A stretch of 64,000 bases of DNA, from positions 512,001 through 576,000 of the forward strand of contig CAVUMN010000004.1 in the NCBI GenBank assembly GCA_963742735.1, written 5' to 3'. Position numbers and translations under genes: made by a program. The notes below the pieces were generated by a model that did not search any database, was not told the DNA's origin, and was given only the letters and a program-made list of their open reading frames with translations. This stretch comes from an uncultured Actinomycetes bacterium. Lineage in GTDB: Bacteria; Actinomycetota; UBA4738; JBBDTT01. Positions 39,954 to 49,005 of the stretch are shown here, in pieces (position 1 is the stretch's first letter; every line of letters begins with the position of its first letter).

Positions 39954-40373
39954 TTATCCCTGGCCCGAGTGGTCGCCCTCGTCGTCGGCGTTGCCCGGCC
40001 CGGAGTTCTCCGAGGGGCCGGAGTTGTCGTCGCCCTCGTCGTCGGCGTTGCCCGGCCCGGAGTTCTCGGACGGGCCGGAGTTGTCGACACCGTCGTCGTC
40101 GTCGAACGGGCCGTCGTCGAACGGGCCGTCGTCATCGGCGCTCGGGGTGGGGTTCGGGGTCGGCCCGGCGGTCGGGTCGTCTTCGGGGATCTGCGGTCCC
40201 GCGCACCTGGGGTCGTTCGCGTGCTCGGGCTCGTCGCACGGGCCCTTCACGTCGATCGTGCCGGGGGTCGTGGACGAGCTCTGCCCCAGCGTCACCGCCG
40301 CGGTGGCAATCCCCGCCGCGACCAGGATGAAGGCCGCCGCGACCAGCATGAGCTTCAGCGATCTTCCGAACAT
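39954..40373 (-). CDS. Secreted protein with acidic D/G/N/S-rich repeat tail
   Basis: RBS GAGGAGG, signal peptide, GPCDEPEHANDPRC, repeats. Confidence 0.8.
   Translation of the reverse strand: MFGRSLKLMLVAAAFILVAAGIATAAVTLGQSSSTTPGTIDVKGPCDEPEHANDPRCAGPQIPEDDPTAGPTPNPTPSADDDGPFDDGPFDDDDGVDNSGPSENSGPGNADDEGDDNSGPSENSGPGNADDEGDHSGQG
39972..40085. repeat. 57-bp tandem duplication (2 copies, 2 mismatches)
   Basis: Unit starts at 39972 and 40029. Encodes DNSGPSENSGPGNADDEGD x2. Confidence 0.9.
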
Positions 40374-40462
40374 GGTTCCTCCTCTCGTTTCGAACGTGGC
40401 TCCACCGTAGAGAGGGGGGTGCTAGGGGCCGGCCAACGCCGGGGAAAGGGGGGGTGAAGGGC

Positions 40463-40888
40463 TCAGTCGTCCGAGGAGTCGTCCCCGCCGCCGGGCCCGG
40501 AGTTGTCGCCGCCGCCCGAGCCGCTGCCGGAGGAGTCCGAGCCCGAGCCGCTGCCGGAGGAGTCGTCCGCGCCCGAGTCGTCGGAGCCGCTGCCGGAGGA
40601 GCCCGACCCCGAGGAATCCGAGCCGGACCCGGAGTTGGAGCCGCCGTCCTCCCCGTCCTCGACCTCGCCCGGCCCGCTCGAGCCCGAGCCGTCCCCGCCG
40701 AGGTCCGGTGTGGCGGCCGTGGGGGTCGGGCCGTCGTCGTCCTGGGGGACGAGCGGGGTGGGTGGATCGACCGGCCGCGTCGGGGTGGACAGGTCCCTCC
40801 CGGCCAGCGCGTACGCACTGAACGTCAGCCCGACGGCGAGCGCGATGCCGCCGACGGCCCACGCGGCGGCCAGGGCGTACCTCTTCAT
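40463..40888 (-). CDS. Secreted/anchored protein with Ser/Gly/Asp low-complexity tail
   Basis: TACCGT -10 element 7 nt before ATG 40888 (leaderless). N-terminal hydrophobic helix, SGSG repeats. Confidence 0.7.
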   Translation of the reverse strand: MKRYALAAAWAVGGIALAVGLTFSAYALAGRDLSTPTRPVDPPTPLVPQDDDGPTPTAATPDLGGDGSGSSGPGEVEDGEDGGSNSGSGSDSSGSGSSGSGSDDSGADDSSGSGSGSDSSGSGSGGGDNSGPGGGDDSSDD

Positions 40889-40946
40889 GCCCATGACGGT
40901 AGTCACCCGCGGACCAAGAACCCCGGGCGGCCGGGATAAGAGCGGG

Positions 40947-42347
40947 TTAAGAGACCTCGGGGAACCCGACCTCGACGCGCGTGCCGCCGCCGTCGCGCGC
41001 CCCCACCTCGACCGAGCCGCCCCACCGGTCGGCCAGGTCCCGCACGATCGCCAACCCGAGCCCCGAGCCGCCGGGCGCGACGCCGTGGCCCCGGTAGAAG
41101 CGCTCCAGCACCCGTCCGCGCTCCTCCTCGGGGATCCCCGGCCCCTCGTCCTCCACCGCGAGCGTGGCCCGCCCGTCCCTGCGGGTCACGTCGATCCGCA
41201 CCGCCCCGGGCGCGTACGCCAGCGCGTTGTCGATGAGGTTGTCCACGATCTGGTTCACGTCGGCGTCGGAGGCCGCGGCCATCGCTCCGTCCCCCCGCAC
41301 CTCCACCGAGCCACCCGCGCGCCGGGCGCGCTCCTCCCATCGCCCGGCGGCGGTCCGGGCGACGCGCCCGAGGTCGCTCGAGGCCGGCGCCCCGCCCGCC
41401 TCGATCCGGCGCGACATCATCAGCAGCCCCTCGACGATCCCCGCCAGCCGGTCGGCCTCCTGCTCGGCCGCCTTGATCTGGCGGCGGAGGTCCTCCGTCG
41501 GCGCGTCGTCGGCCGCGGCCTCCAGCCGCAGCTTCAGCCCGGTCAGCGGCGTCCGCAGCTGGTGCGACGCGTTGGCCACGAACTCCCGCTGTGCGGTCAC
41601 ACTCCGCTCCAGCCGGTCCGCCATCGCGTCGAAGGTCCGAGCCACCTCGCCGATCTCGCCGGTGCTCGTCACCCCGGACCGCGCCCCCAGCTCGCCCTCG
41701 CCGAGGCGGGTCGCCGCGCCGGTCAGCCGGGTCAGCGGCCGCGAGAGCGTTCGGGCCAGGATCCACGCGATGACCAGCCCCGCGATGAGCCCGGCGATAC
41801 CGATCGCCGCGGTCCCGGCCACGATCCGGCGCACCTCGCGGTTCACCCCCTCCAGGCTCACCGACACCCGCACGATCCCGTCCACGCGCTCCCGCCCGTG
41901 CACCGCCGCGGCGGCGGTCAGGATGTCCTGCCCGAGGTCGTCGCTGAACCGCTGGTCGATCTCGAACGGGGCGGGGTCGTTCTCCCGGAGCAGCGCCGAG
42001 ATCTCCGGCCGGCCGGCGTAGGACTCGCCGACCTGGCTCGGCACGCCCGAGTCGGCGAGCACCACGCCGCGGTCGTCGGTGATCAGCAGTCGCGCGCCCT
42101 GCAGGTCGGGCTCCTGTTCGTCCACGAACGCCTGCATGTCGGCGCGCAGCTCCTCGTCGTCGGACCGGTCCAGGTCCCCGCTCAGCTCCAGGGCGTCGGC
42201 GATGGCCTGGGCCTGGGTCAGGACCCGGTTCTCCTCCTCGCGCAGGGCGCGGCGGTTGAGCGTGATCGCGAAGGGGATCTCCAGCGCGACGATCACGACC
42301 AGCAGGATGTAGGCGAAGGCCAGGAGCAGGCGGGTCCGGACCCGCAC
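40947..42347 (-). CDS. HAMP sensor histidine kinase
   Basis: Two TM helices, HAMP, ASHQLRTPL, NLIDNA, DEGPG, GSGLGLAIV. Confidence 0.95.
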   Translation of the reverse strand: MRVRTRLLLAFAYILLVVIVALEIPFAITLNRRALREEENRVLTQAQAIADALELSGDLDRSDDEELRADMQAFVDEQEPDLQGARLLITDDRGVVLADSGVPSQVGESYAGRPEISALLRENDPAPFEIDQRFSDDLGQDILTAAAAVHGRERVDGIVRVSVSLEGVNREVRRIVAGTAAIGIAGLIAGLVIAWILARTLSRPLTRLTGAATRLGEGELGARSGVTSTGEIGEVARTFDAMADRLERSVTAQREFVANASHQLRTPLTGLKLRLEAAADDAPTEDLRRQIKAAEQEADRLAGIVEGLLMMSRRIEAGGAPASSDLGRVARTAAGRWEERARRAGGSVEVRGDGAMAAASDADVNQIVDNLIDNALAYAPGAVRIDVTRRDGRATLAVEDEGPGIPEEERGRVLERFYRGHGVAPGGSGLGLAIVRDLADRWGGSVEVGARDGGGTRVEVGFPEVS

Positions 42348-42348
42348 C

Positions 42349-43053
42349 TCAGTCTCCCGACAGTTCCTCGGGAGGGGCGAAGCGGAACCCGACCCCGCGC
42401 ACCGTGTTGATGTAGCGGGGGTTGGCCGGGTCGTCCTCGAGCTTCTTGCGCAGCCAGGAGATGTGGACGTCGAGGGTCTTCGTCGAGCCGAACCAGTGCG
42501 GGTCCCACACCTCGTCCATGATGTCCTCGCGCCGCTGCACGGTCCCCGCCCCGCGCATGAGCATGTGCAGCAGGTCGAACTCACGGGCGGCGAGCTCCAC
42601 CGGCTCCCCGCCGCGGGCGGCGGTGCGCGACGCGGGATCCAGGGCCACGTCCCCGATCGTGATCGGCTCGACCCGCGCGCTCACCGGCCGGCCCCGGCGC
42701 AGGACCGCCCGGATCCGCGCGGCGAGCTCCTTCGCCGAGTACGGCTTCACCACGTAGTCGTCGGCGCCGAGCTCCAGGCCGAGGACCCGATCGAGCTCCT
42801 CGCCACGCGCGGTGACCATGATGATCGGCACGTCCGAGCCGGAACGCATCTCCTTCGCCAGGTCCCGTCCGTCGCCGTCGGGAAGCATCACGTCCATCAG
42901 CACGCAGTCGAAGCGATCGCGCCCGAACGCCTCCCGAGCCTCACCGGCCGTCGCCGCGAGGTGCGGCACGAAGCCCTCGCGGGTCAGGCTCTCCGCGAGC
43001 GGCTCGGAGATCGCGGGCTCGTCCTCGACGACCAGGATGCGCGGCTTCGACAT
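42349..43053 (-). CDS. OmpR-family response regulator
   Basis: VVEDE, MDVMLPDGDG, GADDYVVKP, KTLDVHISWLRKK, TVRGVGFR. Confidence 0.96.
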   Translation of the reverse strand: MSKPRILVVEDEPAISEPLAESLTREGFVPHLAATAGEAREAFGRDRFDCVLMDVMLPDGDGRDLAKEMRSGSDVPIIMVTARGEELDRVLGLELGADDYVVKPYSAKELAARIRAVLRRGRPVSARVEPITIGDVALDPASRTAARGGEPVELAAREFDLLHMLMRGAGTVQRREDIMDEVWDPHWFGSTKTLDVHISWLRKKLEDDPANPRYINTVRGVGFRFAPPEELSGD

Positions 43054-43117
43054 GTGTCCGAGCGTAGCAATCCCCACTTCAAGGCCCGGTTAAGAGTGAA
43101 GCCTCCCCGGGCGGAGC

Positions 43118-43489
43118 TCAGGGCGCGGACGTCTTACCCTCATCCTCGGCCACGGCCGTGGCGTCCTCGAGGGACTGGAAGACCTCGGCCATTCGCTCGA
43201 CGCCGGAGAGCTGCAGGGTCCTCGAGGCCTGGGAGCCCTCGGGAAGCACCAGGCGCAGGGACTGGCCGTGCTCGCGGAGCATGGACGAGAGCTCGAACAG
43301 CACGCGGACCCCGGAGCTGTCGATGAACTCGAGCGGGGTGAGGTCAAGGACGAGGGTGGTGAGCGCGTTCCGGGCATGGACGAGCAGGTCCTCCCGAAGC
43401 TGCGGGGCCGTGGCCAGATCGACCTCGCCGTCCACGGCCAGGATGACCATGTCGCCCTCGGGCTCACCCACGCGGGTCACCTGGGTCAT
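43118..43489 (-). CDS. STAS anti-sigma-factor antagonist
   Basis: GEVDLATAPQL, LEFIDSSG phospho-Ser motif. Confidence 0.93.
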   Translation of the reverse strand: MTQVTRVGEPEGDMVILAVDGEVDLATAPQLREDLLVHARNALTTLVLDLTPLEFIDSSGVRVLFELSSMLREHGQSLRLVLPEGSQASRTLQLSGVERMAEVFQSLEDATAVAEDEGKTSAP

Positions 43490-45144
43490 TCGGCGCTCAG
43501 CCTCCGATCCATCCGGACGGTCGTCCCACCCGCTGCATGTTCGACCTCCACCGTGTCCATGATCGCTCGCATGAGGGGGATCCCGCGACCCCGGTCTCCG
43601 GATCGCGGCGGGCGCCAGGCGCCGGTGTCGCGGACGATGATGTCCAACCGATCAGCATCGTACACCGCCTCGAGGGTCACCCAACCCTGGTTCGCGCCGT
43701 AGGCGTGCTCGATCGAGTTCGCCACCGCCTCGCCCACCGCGGTCAGCACGTCCTGGGCGACCTCGGGGGGCAGCCGGTTCTCGTTCATCCACCGCCGGAG
43801 CGCGCGACGGCCGACCGCCAGCTCGCGGGCCCGGGCGCGCACCGACAGCTCCAGGCGGGGCTGGCCCGCCAGCTCGCGACCGAGCATCAGGATCGCCACG
43901 TCGTCCGACTCACGCTCCTCGAGGAGCATCGCGCCCAGCAGCTCGTCGGCCGCCTCGCCCACGTCCAGCGGGTCCTTGACCAAGCCGGCGGCCAGCCGGA
44001 GGCGCTCCAGACCCACGGTCAGCGACTCCCCCCGGCGCTCGATGAGTCCGTCGGTGTACAGCATCAGCGTCGTGCCCGGCTCCAGGGGAACCACGTGCTC
44101 CCGGAAGGCCGTGTGGAGGTCCGAGCCCAGGGGCGGGTCGTGGCCGCCCTCGGTCTCCACGAGGTCGGCGTGTCCGTTCGCGATACGGATCGGCGGGACG
44201 TGGCCGGCAACGACCATGCGCATCGAGGACAGGTCCGGGTCGATCGTGGCGTAGATCAGCGTGGCCAGCTCCCCGGGATCGAAGTGCGCGACCAGCCGAT
44301 CCAGCCGGCCCACCACCGCCCCCGGAGAGGGATCGAGCACCGCGTACGCGCGCAGCGCCGTTCGGATCCGGCCCATCATGGTCGCGGCGCGCAGACCGCG
44401 ACCGGCCACGTCACCGATCGCGACCGCCAGCGCCCCTCGCGCAAGCCCGAAGGCGTCGTACCAGTCCCCGCCCACGTGGATGTCGCCGACCCCGGGGAGG
44501 TAGCGGGTCGACAACCGGAGGCCCGGGATCACCGGGATCGAGTCAGGGAGGAGGCTTCGCTGCAGCGTGTCCGCCACGAACCGCTCCCGCTCGTACAGGC
44601 GGACGTGTAGCGCAAGCGCGACACGATCGGCCACGAGCTGGAGCAGCCTGATGTCCGCCGGCGAGAACGCGCGCCGGACCAGCGTCCCCACGTGCAGGAC
44701 GCCGACCAGGCTTCCCTGCACGATCAGCGGTACGCCCAGCATCGACTGGACGCCCTTCTCCCGAAGGATCGGGTTGAGGACGTTCGTGTGGTCGACCTGC
44801 TCGATGACGACCGGACGGAGCTCCGCGGCGATCTTGCCGGCGAATCCCTTCCCCAGCGGGATGCGGACGCCCTGCTCGACCTCCTCCTCAAGCCCCTTGG
44901 CGGCCCGGGCCACGAGCTCGTTCGCCTCGGCGTCGAGCAGGAGCACGGCCGCGGTATCGGCCTCGAGCACCTCACGGACCCGCTCCAGGAGCTCGTCCAT
45001 CAGATGCTCGAAGGACAGGTGTCCCAGGGTGGCGTCGGTGACCCGCTGGAGCCGCCGGAGCTGCTCGATCGGGTCGTCGTCGAGCGTCGGAGCCGACGCG
45101 AGGCCCTGGAGCGGGTCGGCGGGCAGTCTCCTGCTGGCAGTCAA
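43486..45144 (-). CDS. GAF + SpoIIE (PP2C) phosphatase + RsbW-like HATPase fusion
   Basis: GAF, LQRSLLP, VGGDWYD, IGDVAGRG, YTDGLIE, DDVA, EAVANSIEHAY, DTGAW, GRGIPLM. TTG start is uncertain. Confidence 0.92.
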   Translation of the reverse strand: MTASRRLPADPLQGLASAPTLDDDPIEQLRRLQRVTDATLGHLSFEHLMDELLERVREVLEADTAAVLLLDAEANELVARAAKGLEEEVEQGVRIPLGKGFAGKIAAELRPVVIEQVDHTNVLNPILREKGVQSMLGVPLIVQGSLVGVLHVGTLVRRAFSPADIRLLQLVADRVALALHVRLYERERFVADTLQRSLLPDSIPVIPGLRLSTRYLPGVGDIHVGGDWYDAFGLARGALAVAIGDVAGRGLRAATMMGRIRTALRAYAVLDPSPGAVVGRLDRLVAHFDPGELATLIYATIDPDLSSMRMVVAGHVPPIRIANGHADLVETEGGHDPPLGSDLHTAFREHVVPLEPGTTLMLYTDGLIERRGESLTVGLERLRLAAGLVKDPLDVGEAADELLGAMLLEERESDDVAILMLGRELAGQPRLELSVRARARELAVGRRALRRWMNENRLPPEVAQDVLTAVGEAVANSIEHAYGANQGWVTLEAVYDADRLDIIVRDTGAWRPPRSGDRGRGIPLMRAIMDTVEVEHAAGGTTVRMDRRLSAE

Positions 45145-45161
45145 GGAGGCCAGCGTATGCC

Positions 45162-45713
45162 CTACGGGTTGCGCGCGAACAGGTTGAACCGCCAGATGCC
45201 GAACTGGTCGCCGCCGCACCCTTCGATGTCCGGCCACACCAAGAACAGTTGCAGGTAGGCCTGGCCTCGCTTCGGCGGGGTGAACGACAGGTCCAGGGCC
45301 ACGATCTCGCCGCCGACCACCCTCGGGGTGACGGTCACGGGGTGCGTCCTCGTCTCCCCGGCCGGCCCTCCGTTGCGGGCGAGCTTCTGCCAGGAGTACA
45401 GCTCCACGTTCGACGGGCCGTGGGAGATGCCGGCGATCCGGATGGAGACCTTCGGCGTCGCGAACGGGACCACCAGCGGCCGGCCCGGCGGGTCGCCGAA
45501 CTGCCCGGTCCCGATGAAGTTCGCCTGGATGCAGGTCTCGGGGCTGTCGCGCCACACCCACTGGATCTCGACGAAGCCGGCGTCCTGGTGCTGGCCGGCG
45601 AAGTGCAGCACCGGCTCGGGCGGCTCGTGGTCGTGGGCGCTCGCCACCCCCGGCAGCGCCGCGACGGTCAGGGCCGCCACCATCAGGAACGCGATCCGAA
45701 CACGTGCTCGCAT
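45162..45713 (-). CDS. Secreted hypothetical protein
   Basis: RBS GGAGGT, signal peptide ending VASA, two Cys. Confidence 0.7.
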   Translation of the reverse strand: MRARVRIAFLMVAALTVAALPGVASAHDHEPPEPVLHFAGQHQDAGFVEIQWVWRDSPETCIQANFIGTGQFGDPPGRPLVVPFATPKVSIRIAGISHGPSNVELYSWQKLARNGGPAGETRTHPVTVTPRVVGGEIVALDLSFTPPKRGQAYLQLFLVWPDIEGCGGDQFGIWRFNLFARNP

Positions 45714-45735
45714 GGGGCCACCTCCTCGAGGGTCG

Positions 45736-45761
45736 GACGATACGGGATGGCCGGAGGTTCC
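45736..45761 (-). promoter_or_regulatory. Putative ECF sigma promoter GGAAC-N17-CGTC
   Basis: Minus strand GGAAC-ctccggccatcccgtat-CGTC, upstream of 45713. Confidence 0.55.
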
Positions 45762-45801
45762 GGGTTGTGAGGAACAGGCCGGGAGACAAGACTGGTGAGC
45801 C

Positions 45802-46659
45802 ATGGCCGCGTCGAATCCGATGGAGCTCGCGAACCGCCTCCGCAAGGGGCTGCGCCTGCGCGCCACCGTCGCGGACCACGAGGCGTACGACCCCGAGTTC
45901 ATCCGGGAGAACCTCCCGGCCATGTGGCTGCTGGCCACGCTGTACTTCCGGGCCGAGGTCCGCGGGTTCGAGCACGTCCCCGACGCGCCGACGCTGCAGG
46001 TCGGCAACCACAGCGGCGGCATCGTCATCCCCGACACATGGATCCACGGCCTGGGCTGGTACGCGTACTTCGGCGTCGAGCGCCCGCTGCGCCCGCTCGT
46101 CCATTCGGCGGCGATCAGCGTGCCGCTGGCGGGCGAGGTCCTGCGCAAGACCGGGTGCATGCCGGCCTCGCCGGCCAACGCGCGGGAGGCCATCCGGCGC
46201 GGCGAGGACGTCCTGGTCTACCCGGGCGGAGACGTCGAGACGTGGCGCCCGTGGTCCAAGCGCAACCAGATCGACTTCGACGGCCGCACCGGATTCCTCC
46301 GGCTGGCCGCCGAGGAGGGCGTGCCGATCGTGCCGGTGGTCTCCATCGGCGCCCACGAGACGTTCCGCGTGCTGACGGACGGCAAGGACATCGCCAAGCG
46401 GTTGGGGATCGACAAGCTCCTGCGGATCAAGGTGTTCCCCCTCACGCTGGGACTGCCGTTCGGGATCAACCCCGGCCCGATGATCCCGCACTTCCCGCTG
46501 CCCTCGAAGATCGTCATCCAGTGCCTGCCGGCCATCGACGTCACCAAGAAGGACGTCACCGACGCGAACGTGAAGAAAACCTACGACCACGTCGTCGACG
46601 TGTTCCAGACGGGCCTCGACAAGCTGGCCGCCGAGCGCAAGCGGCCGGTCCTCGGATAG
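45802..46659 (+). CDS. Lysophospholipid/DGAT-like acyltransferase
   Basis: VGNHSGG..PD, LVYPGG, GFLRLA...VPIVPV..GAHE. Confidence 0.9.
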   Translation: MAASNPMELANRLRKGLRLRATVADHEAYDPEFIRENLPAMWLLATLYFRAEVRGFEHVPDAPTLQVGNHSGGIVIPDTWIHGLGWYAYFGVERPLRPLVHSAAISVPLAGEVLRKTGCMPASPANAREAIRRGEDVLVYPGGDVETWRPWSKRNQIDFDGRTGFLRLAAEEGVPIVPVVSIGAHETFRVLTDGKDIAKRLGIDKLLRIKVFPLTLGLPFGINPGPMIPHFPLPSKIVIQCLPAIDVTKKDVTDANVKKTYDHVVDVFQTGLDKLAAERKRPVLG

Positions 46660-47259
46660 ATGCGGGTCCAGCGCACCGTCGAGGTGCTCGCGCCGCCCGA
46701 GAAGGTCTTCGAGATCCTGGCCGACCTCCGGGCTCGCGCGAAGTTCATGGCGGACCTCGAGACGTGGGAGCACATCGCCGGGCCGACCGAGGGCGAGGGC
46801 GGCCAGTATCGACTGCGCCAGCGCATCGGCCCGGTGGCGATGATCAGCTACGTCCAGGTCGTGGACTGGAAGCCGCCCGAACGGTTCGCGTGGACCTCGC
46901 TGAAGGGACTACGAACGTGGGGCCGGTTCACCGTGAAGCCCATCGAGAACGGCAGCCGGGTGACCCTGCGACTCGGCTACGCGAGCGGCGAGAACCTGCT
47001 GAGCTTCGTCGTCGACCGGGTGGCATCGCCGTTGGTGCGCAGGCAGGTGGACACCACGCTGCGGATCCTGGCCGACCGAGTGGTCGAGCACCTGTCGCGC
47101 AAGGTCAAACGCGTCGCGCTGCAGGCCGCCGAGGAGGAAGCCGACATCCCTCCGGTGGCGCGCCTGACCAGCCGCCCCGCCCCCGCCACGCGCGCTCCCC
47201 GGAGGCCCAAAGGCCTCGACCGCGAGAACCGCAAGCCCGTGAAGCGTCCCGCCACCTAG
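46660..47259 (+). CDS. SRPBCC/START family protein
   Basis: APPEKVFEIL.D, WKPPERFAW, basic tail. Confidence 0.8.
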   Translation: MRVQRTVEVLAPPEKVFEILADLRARAKFMADLETWEHIAGPTEGEGGQYRLRQRIGPVAMISYVQVVDWKPPERFAWTSLKGLRTWGRFTVKPIENGSRVTLRLGYASGENLLSFVVDRVASPLVRRQVDTTLRILADRVVEHLSRKVKRVALQAAEEEADIPPVARLTSRPAPATRAPRRPKGLDRENRKPVKRPAT

Positions 47260-47278
47260 TCAGCGCAACGGGCTTCCA

Positions 47279-47686
47279 CTAGGCGGCAGGGTCCAGGATC
47301 GCGAGCTTCTTGAAGTACGAGCGGTAGAAGCCGCGGTCCCGGGTGAGCAATCGCTCGGCCTGCACCTGTGCGTGTGCCCCGACGAGGAAGTCGCCGACGA
47401 GACGCGTCCGCTTGCCACCGGCCTTCCGGTATTCCCGCCAGGCCGTTGCGGCGATCTGAGCCGTCGGCTCGACGATCACCGAGAACCCGATCTCGCTGAC
47501 CTCGAACGCCTCGCGCGCGGCCTCCTTCGACTCGAAGAAGGCGCTGACCTCCGCCCAGACGACGTCACAGGCCGACAGGACGCCTTCATCCAGGCACCTG
47601 GCGAGCGCCGCCTTCGAGCCGGGCCCGAACTCGGGGTCAGCTCGATAGACGTCGAGCAGCACGCTCGAGTCGACCGCCGTGATCAT
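47279..47686 (-). CDS. vapC: PIN-domain toxin (VapC-like)
   Basis: AVDSSVLLD, VWAEV, GDFLVGAHA, LLTRDRG. Confidence 0.9.
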   Translation of the reverse strand: MITAVDSSVLLDVYRADPEFGPGSKAALARCLDEGVLSACDVVWAEVSAFFESKEAAREAFEVSEIGFSVIVEPTAQIAATAWREYRKAGGKRTRLVGDFLVGAHAQVQAERLLTRDRGFYRSYFKKLAILDPAA

Positions 47687-47922
47687 GGGAGGTCTGGCTC
47701 GCCCCGGATCTGGTTGATGAAGTCGTCGACACTCTTCGCCCAGGGCGGGAGCTTGGCGATGCCCCACACGGCGTCGAAGGGATTGTCGGACCGCACCTTC
47801 TTGGCCACGAGCTTCCCCCGTTCTTCGCGGAACTCCAAAACCTGGCCCTTCTCGAGCCCGAGGGAATCACGCAGCTTCTTGGGGATCGTGATCTGCCCCT
47901 TCTCCGACAGGATGGCCGTCAT
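47683..47922 (-). CDS. AbrB/MazE/VapB-type antitoxin
   Basis: SEKGQITIPKKLRDSLGL. ATGA-coupled to the toxin. Confidence 0.9.
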   Translation of the reverse strand: MTAILSEKGQITIPKKLRDSLGLEKGQVLEFREERGKLVAKKVRSDNPFDAVWGIAKLPPWAKSVDDFINQIRGEPDLP

Positions 47923-47964
47923 ACCTTCAGGGTCCGAATTCATACCGTAAGGGTATGACACGAC

Positions 47965-49005
47965 CTAGCGAAGCACAACGGGATCGCCGTGGGGGCCGGT
48001 CTCGGCGAGCTCCCGGGTCTCGCCGCCCGGCCAGGTCGTTAGCCGCACCAGGTGGCGCCTGGCCACCTCGATGGGCTCGGTCGAGAGCCAGGCCACCGGC
48101 GCGTGGGCCGAGGCTCGGTCGCCGGCCCCGCGGGTGGCGGCCTTCACTCGCTGCTTGTCGTCGTCGCCCAGGTACTGCCAGACGACCGAGTGGAAGACGA
48201 CAGTCGCCACGCCCCCACGAGGCTCCGCCAGCTGGCGCTCCAGCCATTCGCCGGCCGTCGCCCGCTCGACCTCGGCCGGCACCTCCGCCGCGATCCGGAT
48301 CGCGCCGTCGAGCAACGTGAACCGCTCGGCCTGGTCGGCCCACACCGACGACCGCAGGCCGAGCGCCGCCTCGGGGTCGGTCGGATCGAGGGGGTTCGGA
48401 TCGCAGCCCCGGCGTTCGGCGACGGTCGCCTCGGTGGCGAACACCTCGGGTGGGCGGCTCCATCGGCCCCTCAGCCGGACGAGCGAGTCCTCGGGCCCCC
48501 ACGCCGCGCGCTCCTGCTCGTACCGGTACCGGTCCCATCGAAGGTTGAGCCCCGCGGACGATCCGATCTCGAGGATCCGCAGTGGCAGTCCCGTATGCCG
48601 CGCCAGCTCCAGGAACCCGAGCACCAGCCCGGCCGATCGCCCGACCTCGTTCGTCTGGCAGGGGAGGGCGACCAGCGCGGGAAGCTCCTCCAGGTGCGCC
48701 TGGAGGGTCTTCCGCAGCGCCCCGGCGATCCGCTCCGGCGGCTCCGCCCCGCCTACCGATGGGTAGAACGGCGCCATCGCCGGCGCCCGGCCGGTCAGCA
48801 CCAGCCGGTGCAGCGCGGCGTTGAGCCGCAGGGCCATGGCCGAGTTCAGGTCCGACTCGAGCTCCTCGCGGAGGACCTCACGCGTCGGGCCACCCGCCTC
48901 CAGGTCCCGGGCGGCGGCCTCCAGGATCGCCGACGACAGGGGCGAGTAGCTGCCCGTGATCTCGGCCGTGAGGCGGAGGACTCCGGCCGCCGATTCGACG
49001 GTCAC
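47965..49005 (-). CDS. DUF2332 family protein
   Basis: QTNEVGRS, LEIGSSAGLNL, GCDPNP, VFHSVVWQYL. Confidence 0.85.
   Translation of the reverse strand: MTVESAAGVLRLTAEITGSYSPLSSAILEAAARDLEAGGPTREVLREELESDLNSAMALRLNAALHRLVLTGRAPAMAPFYPSVGGAEPPERIAGALRKTLQAHLEELPALVALPCQTNEVGRSAGLVLGFLELARHTGLPLRILEIGSSAGLNLRWDRYRYEQERAAWGPEDSLVRLRGRWSRPPEVFATEATVAERRGCDPNPLDPTDPEAALGLRSSVWADQAERFTLLDGAIRIAAEVPAEVERATAGEWLERQLAEPRGGVATVVFHSVVWQYLGDDDKQRVKAATRGAGDRASAHAPVAWLSTEPIEVARRHLVRLTTWPGGETRELAETGPHGDPVVLR

Noticed and set aside
39972-40740. Repeats considered as a possible CRISPR array
   Set aside because: They are in-frame coding repeats without unique spacers, and there are no cas genes.
46657-46662. 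In-frame TAG-ATG between the acyltransferase and SRPBCC genes as possible pyrrolysine readthrough
   Set aside because: Both proteins look complete on their own and there are no pyl genes in the window.
47279-47961. VapBC pair as a sign of a mobile element
   Set aside because: No integrase, transposase or flanking repeats seen, so it looks like an ordinary chromosomal TA module.
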